Shown here: positions 7,540 through 14,161 of the stretch, in pieces
Layout: each line of letters begins with the position of its first letter
Numbering within the stretch: the first letter of the stretch is position 1
Origin: a virus
Length of the DNA stretch: 64,000 nt
Strand: one strand, 5' to 3'
IMG/VR virus record: IMGVR_UViG_3300048564_000035
Location: 1-64,000 of that record
The notes under the pieces: model-generated
Seen by the model: only the letters and a program-made list of their open reading frames with translations
What the model was told of the DNA's origin: nothing
Databases searched by the model: none
Translations under genes and position numbers: made by a program

Positions 7540-8355
7540 CTACCCTTCTTTTACCATTGTATTAACTGTATCAAAAGCAGTTTGAATTTTTTTAGCAAAA
7601 TCCTCACATTCTAATTTTAGTTCGGAGCTTTTTTGCTTTAAACCCTTAGATTGTTTTTTTGTCTTCGTTGAAGACTTCAATGAATAATAAATGAAATGAC
7701 CTGTAGGTAACAAAACACTCAAACCTAAATTAAACCAAGAAAAATCATACTGGCAATTAATAGCGGGAAACCATTTTTGTAAATAAAAAAAGACCGGATA
7801 AACAAGAAAAATACAAATTGGAAATACGATTAAAACTTTATTATATGAGGGGGCAATTTTTTTAAAGAAGTTAGATTTCTTATCCTTAAATATCCATATT
7901 AATATCAAAATGGATAGAATATTAAAAAGCCCAAATAATTCTCTATTTATTGGTTCTGAGAAATCAAGCTCAAAACCATTCAAAAGAAGGATTAAGATAC
8001 AATATAAAGCACCGAATAAACAGAGATAATTAAAGTTTTCGGAAATAGAGTTTTGCTGAATGGAGTGCTCTAATTCTGTATGTAAAGAAGATATATTTTT
8101 CTGAATTGCTTCGTTTTCATCGTTCAATTTCCTAACAACTGCTTCAGCATTCCCAATACCATTACACTTGTCGCCTTCAGCAATTAATCTTTCTATATTA
8201 TTGCTTTGAATACTACTTATTAGTTTTAGCTCTTTCTCTATATAGACAAAATGGTTATTAACCTTTCGTATCAAAGATTCGATAAAGTGATTCGATACAA
8301 TATATGCCGAATTGAGAGCTGCAAAGAACTCAAAGAAGTGGCCGAAGTGCTCCAA
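7540..8355 (-). CDS. membrane protein (271 aa): N-terminal coiled-coil region, about 4 TM helices, basic/coiled C-terminal tail
   Basis: ORF track. The first codon is TTG, 5 nt after the stop of 8361-8927, and the ORF has no internal ATG until near its end. Hydrophobic stretches include YLCLFGALYCILILLL, LFGLFNILSILILIWIF, VLIVFPICIFLVYPVFFYL and FNLGLSVLLPTGHFIYY. Confidence 0.7.
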   Translation of the reverse strand: MEHFGHFFEFFAALNSAYIVSNHFIESLIRKVNNHFVYIEKELKLISSIQSNNIERLIAEGDKCNGIGNAEAVVRKLNDENEAIQKNISSLHTELEHSIQQNSISENFNYLCLFGALYCILILLLNGFELDFSEPINRELFGLFNILSILILIWIFKDKKSNFFKKIAPSYNKVLIVFPICIFLVYPVFFYLQKWFPAINCQYDFSWFNLGLSVLLPTGHFIYYSLKSSTKTKKQSKGLKQKSSELKLECEDFAKKIQTAFDTVNTMVKEG

Positions 8356-8360
8356 AATGT

Positions 8361-8927
8361 CTATTTTTTTAAGATAAGGTGGACAGGTTCTGACTTAGTT
8401 ATATCATTAAATATGTCGTCGAAAATTAAAGACAGATTTTTAGATGCCTCTGCATCATTAAAATTACCAAATGCGGTAAAAGATTTCGTATCATCCTCTA
8501 CTCTGTACATTTTGCCATCGGCGACAGTAAAATGTATTTCATGCAATTGGTTTTTTTCTTTTTCCTCTCCCGCTCTAAACAGCTTATTTGAATGCTTTTT
8601 GACTTCCACATTCTTTGGATTTATAATAGAATAAAATCTAAGAATATCAAATATTTTTGGCTCTTCTGTTCTGCTTTCAAATTTTTCTTTTTCGAGCAAT
8701 ACTTTTATTTTACCCCCTCTGCTAAGAAAGTTTTCAAGCCCATTTCTATATTCTTCTTTTGAAGATATTTCTCCAGAGAAGTTTCCTGCAAAAACTCTTA
8801 TAGTATCTTTTGCGGTTGCGAAAATAGTAGCCATTACCAGTGCTGCATGATCTGGCCCTGAATTATAAAACACGACACTCTTCCCTTGCTTTGCAAGATC
8901 TTTTATATATTCTCTGTATTGGTTCAT
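8361..8927 (-). CDS. Nuc/phospholipase-D-superfamily-like protein with a non-canonical HxT motif (188 aa)
   Basis: ATG at 8927; the track start at 8951 is TTG. Two stretches align by eye with the single-domain PLD nuclease Nuc. The first is HAALVMATIFATAKDTIRVFAGNF...LSRGGKIKVLLEKE. The second is HEIHFTVADGKMYRVE...TAFGNFNDAEASKN, corresponding to the ...SIR...RGV.VK.V.D and HxK..D...GSxN..A regions. Thr replaces the catalytic Lys. Confidence 0.6.
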   Translation of the reverse strand: MNQYREYIKDLAKQGKSVVFYNSGPDHAALVMATIFATAKDTIRVFAGNFSGEISSKEEYRNGLENFLSRGGKIKVLLEKEKFESRTEEPKIFDILRFYSIINPKNVEVKKHSNKLFRAGEEKEKNQLHEIHFTVADGKMYRVEDDTKSFTAFGNFNDAEASKNLSLIFDDIFNDITKSEPVHLILKK

Positions 8928-9223
8928 AGTAATTATGTTGGATAAGGTCAAAGGTTTTTAAACATCATGGCTCTCATAAGATAATCAGTATTTGGAAGTG
9001 TTTGAAAGGGGAATGGAGGCATTTACAAGCATTTGACAAAATTATAAACTTTTTATCCACACCTGCTAATGAATATAAAGGTATGAAGGAAGCCTCCGTA
9101 AAAAAAGTTATAGTTTTCAACGATTTGTGCATAAGTCATACTTGATTATTAATTAGTTATAAAAAAAACTACGTCTAAATACGTATAGTAAAATTACTAT
9201 TTCATGGGAGCTTTTCAGGAATG

Positions 9224-9238
9224 AATTTGTATTACAAT
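9224..9238 (+). repeat. 15-bp box AATTTGTATTACAAT, copy 1, upstream of the RHH gene
   Basis: Exact repeat of 9436-9450. It ends 26 nt before ATG 9265. Confidence 0.8.
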
Positions 9239-9264
9239 GAAATACTTTGTATATTACATAAGCA

Positions 9265-9423
9265 ATGAAACAAGATAATAAATCTGAAACGATTATTCTA
9301 AGGGTAGAGCCTGAATTAAAGGCTGATCTTCAAAAAATGGCAGACGTAGATAGCCGTAAACTGGCTGATTATATTAGAGTTCAGCTTAGAAAGATGGTTG
9401 ACCTTTCTAAAAAGAAAAAGTAA
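9265..9423 (+). CDS. ribbon-helix-helix (CopG/Arc-like) DNA-binding protein (52 aa)
   Basis: Below the ORF-track cut-off. The sequence IILRVEPELKADLQKMADVDSRKLADYIRVQLRKMV fits a beta-strand/helix/helix RHH pattern. Confidence 0.55.
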   Translation: MKQDNKSETIILRVEPELKADLQKMADVDSRKLADYIRVQLRKMVDLSKKKK

Positions 9424-9435
9424 TTTTTTTTGACC

Positions 9436-9462
9436 AATTTGTATTACAATTGAATACAAATT
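9436..9462 (+). repeat. 15-bp box copy 2, embedded in an inverted repeat AATTTGTATT-7nt-AATACAAATT
   Basis: The box is at 9436-9450 and ends 27 nt before the transposase ATG at 9478. The 10-bp arms at 9436-9445 and 9453-9462 are perfectly complementary. Confidence 0.8.
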
Positions 9463-9477
9463 AATAAACTGAATAAA

Positions 9478-10452
9478 ATGGATTTCAATTTCAAAACAGA
9501 AGATGAATTTAATGAGTTTTTTCATAGCGAAAGGGCTTGTTACGAGTTTTATGAAAAAGAAAGATGGGAAAATGGTACGCCTGTTTGCCCTCATTGTGGT
9601 TCTGTGAAATATTATAATGTAACACCCAGGGGAAAGTTTAAAGATATTCCGTCATACAGGTGCGGTATCAGGGAATGTGGTTTGCCATTTACCGTAAGAA
9701 CAAAGACAATTTTTGAAGGTAGCAAGGTTACGTTTAAAAAATGGCTAAAGGCAATCTATGAAATAAGCATCCGCAAAAAAAGCATTTCTTCAATTGAACT
9801 TTCAAAGAGAATTGGAGTTAGTCAAAAAACCGGATGGTACATTAACCACAGGCTCCGTGAAATGCTGACAGATACCAGTCCTGAGTTATTAAGGGACTAC
9901 GCAGCGATTGACGAAACGCTTGTGGGTGCTAAATCCCGGAATAAACACAGGTATAAAAGAATACCCAATTCGCAAGGACGTGCAGCAAATTCAGGGAAAG
10001 CAATTGTAATGGGGGCAATAGGATTGCGTGGGCAAGTGAAAACAAAAGTCATCGGTGTAGTGGATAAAGATAATATCCAAAAGTTTGCTAACGATTCAAT
10101 AGAGAAAAAGGCAATTATGGTAACGGACGAGTTAAGAGCCTACAACATTTTAGATAAAGATTACTTTCGTATAACGGTAAATCACTCAGAAGAAAATTAC
10201 GTGAATGGAGCTTTTTCGACCAATGGTATTGAGAATTATTGGAGCCACTTTAAAAGGACAATTATCGGTACGCATCATGTTGTCAGTCCTCAGCATTTGC
10301 AAAAGTATTCGGACGAGTGCAGCTTTAGGTACAACCGGAAGGATATAACCCCCGCTCAGGTGTTTAATGCTATGGTAAAAAATGCTGAGCGGGAAAGAAC
10401 GACCTACTCAGTATTGACAACTGAGTGGAAAAAGCTATTTCCCGAAGATTAG
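9478..10452 (+). CDS. IS1595-family (ISXO2-like DDE) transposase with N-terminal zinc ribbon
   Basis: CPHCGS...YRCGIRECG forms a zinc ribbon. An HTH segment is SISSIELSKRIGVSQKTGW. The DDE-type motifs are AIDETLVGAK, MVTDELRAY and NGIENYWSHFKR. Confidence 0.85.
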   Translation: MDFNFKTEDEFNEFFHSERACYEFYEKERWENGTPVCPHCGSVKYYNVTPRGKFKDIPSYRCGIRECGLPFTVRTKTIFEGSKVTFKKWLKAIYEISIRKKSISSIELSKRIGVSQKTGWYINHRLREMLTDTSPELLRDYAAIDETLVGAKSRNKHRYKRIPNSQGRAANSGKAIVMGAIGLRGQVKTKVIGVVDKDNIQKFANDSIEKKAIMVTDELRAYNILDKDYFRITVNHSEENYVNGAFSTNGIENYWSHFKRTIIGTHHVVSPQHLQKYSDECSFRYNRKDITPAQVFNAMVKNAERERTTYSVLTTEWKKLFPED

Positions 10453-10471
10453 CTATATTTGAAAACAGGGA

Positions 10472-10496
10472 AGGCATACCGAAAAATGGTATGCCT
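10472..10496 (+). other. strong hairpin immediately after the transposase stop
   Basis: AGGCATACC (10472-10480) pairs with GGTATGCCT (10488-10496). No T-run follows. Confidence 0.5.
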
Positions 10497-10648
10497 CCTG
10501 AATTGCCCGCGAAGCTCTTCATTTTACCTGTAAAGAGGCCGTCTGCTTGGGGGTGGGGGACTGGTCACAGACACTAGTCCCGACTCTAATGTGGCCTCGT
10601 CTGTGCGAACACCCTTACACGCTGCCTCAGCATTTTTAGCACCTAAAA

Positions 10649-10679
10649 TTTGCTATTTAATATTTTTCACCTACTTTTG
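10649..10679 (+). promoter_or_regulatory. near-consensus Bacteroidota promoter with no downstream CDS
   Basis: TTTG at 10649-10652, a 19-nt spacer, then TActTTTG at 10672-10679. Confidence 0.6.
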
Positions 10680-10685
10680 TTATAG

Positions 10686-10828
10686 ACAAAAAGGGAACGG
10701 TGCGGATTGTCCGCTACTTTGAGGTCAAATCTCAATGTGTTGATTACACCAGCCGTTGTCCCTTATATGTTGAAGTTTATTATTAAATCCATCTTACAGG
10801 TTTGAAGGCGTGTTAGATGGATTTTTTT
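10686..10828 (+). ncRNA. candidate small RNA of about 140 nt with a 70-nt cloverleaf-like core and an intrinsic terminator
   Basis: The closing helix pairs GGGA/ACGG (10693-10700) with CCGT-tg-TCCC (10753-10762). It encloses three hairpins: GCGGA-ttg-TCCGC, TTGAG-gtcaaat-CTCAA and GTGT-tgatt-ACAC. A terminator follows, with AATCCATCT (10786-10794) pairing with AGATGGATT (10815-10823) and a T-run to 10828. The only ORFs present are 12 aa or shorter. Confidence 0.5.
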
Positions 10829-10829
10829 A

Positions 10830-11402
10830 TTACCATATCTTTTCCATTTTTTTTATTGGATAAAATTCCTTTTTTAATTCCCCGTTATCATCCCACCAAA
10901 GGGGACTGCCGTAATAATAACCTTTTCCCCCGTCTTTATGTATTTTCAATATATTATTTTTTACCAGCTTGATAGTTATCGTGTTAGAAACCAATCCTGT
11001 TAATTGTTTTTCAGTATAATTTGGTTCAAATTTTTGAATGATATCGACAATCTCCTTTACTGAAAGCACTCTATTTTCATGTTTTACAACGGCAATAATC
11101 TTATGTTTCCACATTTTTCCATGAGGGTACTCAAACTTAGGTTTCTCGCTGTCTGCCATTTGTGTCCTTATTTGAGTAGGTAGCCCCTCGAATAGACTAG
11201 TAGGCATCTCAGCGCTATTTAGTAAATCTTCAATGGGCTTACCGTCTGAATAGAGTTCTATAATAAGGCGTGCCCTTTGAATAGATTTGTCCCTTTTCTC
11301 TTTTTCAATAGCTGCCACCCTATCTTCCTCCATCAACTTCTTTAGCTTAGAGATAGAGTCTTTAAGTATTATTTCATCAGTAATATGACCTGTATTTGCC
11401 AT
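10830..11402 (-). CDS. hypothetical protein (191 aa), C-terminal winged-helix-like segment
   Basis: ATG at 11402 (MANTGH...). The track start at 11450 lies inside a promoter-like stretch. TAtaTTTG sits 17 nt upstream of the ATG on the minus strand. Confidence 0.6.
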   Translation of the reverse strand: MANTGHITDEIILKDSISKLKKLMEEDRVAAIEKEKRDKSIQRARLIIELYSDGKPIEDLLNSAEMPTSLFEGLPTQIRTQMADSEKPKFEYPHGKMWKHKIIAVVKHENRVLSVKEIVDIIQKFEPNYTEKQLTGLVSNTITIKLVKNNILKIHKDGGKGYYYGSPLWWDDNGELKKEFYPIKKMEKIW

Positions 11403-11542
11403 TAGTATAATTATAGGAGCAAATATATGAGATGTGACAAATGTACGCAAATATATTTTTGCAGGGCGTTGTTGACCAATGGTAGCGGGATAGGAATCTA
11501 AACTAAAAGAAGAAAGGAATCGGGATAAAAAGAAGTGATTTT

Positions 11543-11779
11543 CTACTCTGATAAGCCTTTTAATAGGTCTGTTATATCAATTTGCAGTCCTTTGCATATA
11601 TCTAGTAGATATAAATAACTTGGGTTAACAGCCCCTTTTTCCAATCGGTTAATAGACTGTCTTTCCTTATCAATTAATTCACCCAGTTTTTCCAATGTAA
11701 ACCCCTTTTGCTCCCTTATGGCTTTTACCCTTTGACCTAAAGCTGTCAGCTTCTTTTGTTGGCTTTTACTTATTGGCAT
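11543..11779 (-). CDS. XRE-family (Cro/CI-type) helix-turn-helix transcriptional regulator (78 aa)
   Basis: LGQRVKAIREQKGFTLEKLGELIDKERQSINRLEKGAVNPSYLYLLDICKGLQIDITDLL is a classic HTH_3 pattern. Confidence 0.85.
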   Translation of the reverse strand: MPISKSQQKKLTALGQRVKAIREQKGFTLEKLGELIDKERQSINRLEKGAVNPSYLYLLDICKGLQIDITDLLKGLSE

Positions 11780-11902
11780 AGGTCAATAATACCCATACCT
11801 GATAAAATATTTGTCAACGGATTCGTTCCGAATTGGAAACTTACTTACATTTAACTTGCGAAACGCTATTAATGGGCTTTCGCTTTTATCCCTGTTCTGA
11901 AA

Positions 11903-11991
11903 CGTAGGAATTTCAAGTCCACAGGGAGAGAGGCAAAAGAACCTATACTTTATAGGTATGGGTTCTCTCTTTCGTGGACAGGTCTCCTACG
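11903..11991. promoter_or_regulatory. 89-nt imperfect palindrome (7 + 15 + 7 bp helices) in the divergent region next to the XRE gene
   Basis: CGTAGGA (11903-09) pairs with TCCTACG (11985-91). Positions 11917-11932 pair with 11965-11979 with one bulge. The apical palindrome is ACCTATA-ctt-TATAGGT (11941-11957). ATG 11958 lies inside the structure. Confidence 0.7.
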
Positions 11992-12305
11992 ACCTCAGAA
12001 CGATTGTAGAGACTCATGCCTTTTTTATGAATATATTCGAACAACACAAACAGTTCTTCAATAAGCCTATCTTATTGGACACAGAATTGCAGGAATCGCC
12101 TGCAAATGTTATAGATGAATTTGCAAGTGATTACCATTTGTGGGAAGCAAAGGAATATCTCTCAAAACTTCGGGATTGTGCTTTACTTACCGAAAACAGC
12201 CACTTTTCTACTGGGATTGAACGAAAGCACATATCAACCTTTATAGAAGATTTGGAAATTCTGGCAGAAGCTATCTCCCTGCTAAAGCTGAAAAGGAAGA
12301 AATAA
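11958..12305 (+). CDS. hypothetical protein (115 aa; alternative start at 12027)
   Basis: ORF track. The annotated ATG is embedded in the palindrome, so the true start is uncertain. Confidence 0.45.
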   Translation: MGSLFRGQVSYDLRTIVETHAFFMNIFEQHKQFFNKPILLDTELQESPANVIDEFASDYHLWEAKEYLSKLRDCALLTENSHFSTGIERKHISTFIEDLEILAEAISLLKLKRKK

Positions 12306-12319
12306 TCTACCTTTGGTAC

Positions 12320-12481
12320 ATGGCAAAAGCCTCAAAGAAAAAACAACCCGCTAAAAAGGCTCCCAAAGAGGTAAAGAGGGGTAGCTACGATAATAAGCTA
12401 TCGGTAACAGGTAGCTTCATGGATATAATAAAAGCATCCGTTAAGGATGCTACCAACCACAGCGCAAAAAAGAAAGATTAA
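12320..12481 (+). CDS. small basic protein (53 aa)
   Basis: Below the ORF-track cut-off. MAKASKKKQPAKKAPKEVKR... fills an otherwise empty gap. Confidence 0.35.
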   Translation: MAKASKKKQPAKKAPKEVKRGSYDNKLSVTGSFMDIIKASVKDATNHSAKKKD

Positions 12482-12492
12482 CAGAATAAGCC

Positions 12493-12720
12493 ATGACTGA
12501 AATTATAACGATAAATGGCATTGATTTTACCGTAGATTATAACGGAGATAATATATCCTTTTCAGGAGGCGATATTATTGGGAATGCTACTTTTACCTCA
12601 TCACCTGACGGGGGAATACATAAGGCAACTTATGACTTGGGCACTCACGCTAACGATAATTCAAGAGATGCCGTTCACAAATTGATTTCGCAGCTAAAGA
12701 GAAAAGTTATAGGCCACTAA
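12493..12720 (+). CDS. hypothetical protein (75 aa)
   Basis: ORF track. Confidence 0.5.
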   Translation: MTEIITINGIDFTVDYNGDNISFSGGDIIGNATFTSSPDGGIHKATYDLGTHANDNSRDAVHKLISQLKRKVIGH

Positions 12721-12807
12721 TTGTTTAGTCCAATTACCTACAATTAAATGGTTTTTAATAATTTTCAACCTGCGTGTAAATCGGTATACTTGCCAAAATA
12801 AAACATT

Positions 12808-12897
12808 ATGACACTCTTAATTACCATCGTAGCAGTATTTACTTTCTTAATTGCAGCCTTTTGGCCTAACACAAGCTATGAGAAAACAATTCTGTAA
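12808..12897 (+). CDS. 29-aa hydrophobic peptide
   Basis: The ATG-to-TAA ORF encodes MTLLITIVAVFTFLIAAFWPNTSYEKTIL. This is weak evidence on its own. Confidence 0.25.
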   Translation: MTLLITIVAVFTFLIAAFWPNTSYEKTIL

Positions 12898-12916
12898 ATA
12901 ATTAAAACAAATAAAA

Positions 12917-13129
12917 ATGAAAAATGTACACCCGGTTATGCAAGAAGCGTTAGCGCCATTTGTAGCGCAACCAGAACCAGACGCATTTAAAGAAGCGGCA
13001 CTCCCGCTAATAAAATACTTAGCCGAAAACCATCACCCGCACGTTACGGCTATTATCACTTCAACAAGTGCGCAGTTGTTGGAGGGAATAAAAACAATCG
13101 GAGAAATTACTGATTACTTAAAGGACTAA
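12917..13129 (+). CDS. hypothetical protein (70 aa)
   Basis: ORF track. Confidence 0.5.
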   Translation: MKNVHPVMQEALAPFVAQPEPDAFKEAALPLIKYLAENHHPHVTAIITSTSAQLLEGIKTIGEITDYLKD

Positions 13130-13139
13130 AAACAAAAAT

Positions 13140-13358
13140 ATGGAAGAAAATATTTTTAACCTAAAAAAACTCAATGCCGCATATATAGCTGCCTTAGAGT
13201 TTGACAGATGCCCTGATTCTACTAAATCTGAAAAACTAGAAAGTTTGTTTGATTTAGGTGTTGCTGGCAAAGACTTGAAAAAAGCATTACAAGAAAATCA
13301 AGGCCGCCGACCCGATGAAATTGCAGGGGAAATCTCTGACTTAATTAAAACACTTTAA
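13140..13358 (+). CDS. hypothetical protein (72 aa)
   Basis: ORF track. Confidence 0.5.
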   Translation: MEENIFNLKKLNAAYIAALEFDRCPDSTKSEKLESLFDLGVAGKDLKKALQENQGRRPDEIAGEISDLIKTL

Positions 13359-13360
13359 TC

Positions 13361-13645
13361 GTGATACTACAAACAACATCAAACCACGGAGAACTATTCA
13401 CCTATCTTGGCTACGAATACCACTACATTGGAAAGAATAGCTCCCCAGATCGTTTCAATGAACTTGTGATAAAAAAGTTTGGGGAAGATGTAAAAGATCG
13501 TCCAAATAATATTGGAAATAAAATATACGCTTTTATCCTTTACAATCATGGGAAGGATTGTAAACACTTATACAATGATTGCTCCTACTATGTTTTTACC
13601 GATTCGGGAGTACACTTTCAGGAATTATCTCTACGGCCAGAATAA
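13361..13645 (+). CDS. hypothetical protein (94 aa), GTG start
   Basis: ORF track. It begins 2 nt after the previous stop. Confidence 0.5.
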   Translation: MILQTTSNHGELFTYLGYEYHYIGKNSSPDRFNELVIKKFGEDVKDRPNNIGNKIYAFILYNHGKDCKHLYNDCSYYVFTDSGVHFQELSLRPE

Positions 13646-13683
13646 ATTTTTAAAAAACTATACACTTTCAATAAACAAAAAGT

Positions 13684-14082
13684 ATGAAAAAAATAATCAT
13701 TCTATCAATTATCATTACAGCGGTGATTACTGCTGCCTTTGTATCAAAACCCAAACCACCATCATTCGTTGTAGCTACCGCTCAGGCGCATGACTATTTA
13801 ATCTCTAAGGGAGATTTGCTTTCGCAGTCATCAGGGAAGCAAGATTCTATTGATATATTCAATGGGATAGCTGACTATATCAATGATTTTAACGCTCATT
13901 GGAATATTAATGAAGAATTACAGCGAGGCCCTGTATTCCCCTATGGATTTGCCTGCCAATATCAATGTTCACTTAACTATATTAATCAGCCATTCGTTCC
14001 CCATTTTCCAGAAGGAGAACTTGGAAACTTTCCTCCATCTTCATGGATGATATTCCAAAATTGCATTCACAACTGTCACTAA
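13684..14082 (+). CDS. exported Cys-containing protein (132 aa)
   Basis: N-terminal hydrophobic segment MKKIIILSIIITAVITAAFV. Followed by a terminator. Confidence 0.6.
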   Translation: MKKIIILSIIITAVITAAFVSKPKPPSFVVATAQAHDYLISKGDLLSQSSGKQDSIDIFNGIADYINDFNAHWNINEELQRGPVFPYGFACQYQCSLNYINQPFVPHFPEGELGNFPPSSWMIFQNCIHNCH

Positions 14083-14133
14083 ATCATTAATTAACCAGTA
14101 AGTGTATAGTCTTTATTCTAACATTTAATACCG

Positions 14134-14161
14134 AGCCTGCTATTCTTAGCGGGCTTTTTTT
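14134..14161 (+). terminator. rho-independent terminator at the convergence of the + and - blocks
   Basis: AGCCTGCT (14134-41) pairs with AGCGGGCT (14148-55) with one G-U pair, followed by a T-run to 14161. Confidence 0.7.

Noticed and set aside
9316-9594. ORF 9316-9594 (-)
   Set aside because: It is antisense to both the RHH gene and the transposase start. Its product is low-complexity and Phe/Ile-rich.
8952-10520. Defining IS boundaries around the transposase
   Set aside because: I found no convincing terminal inverted repeats or target-site duplication. The only candidate was GGAGGCAT near 9023 against ATGCCTCC at 10491, an 8-mer that could match by chance. Only the transposase CDS is reported.
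10693-10762. Calling the 70-nt cloverleaf a tRNA (anticodon CAA, Leu)
   Set aside because: - The acceptor stem needs a 2-nt bulge.
- The first arm has only a 3-nt loop, so there is no D-loop.
- The third arm lacks the GTTC/T-loop signature.
- A tRNA-Leu should have a long variable arm.

I kept it as a tRNA-like ncRNA candidate only.
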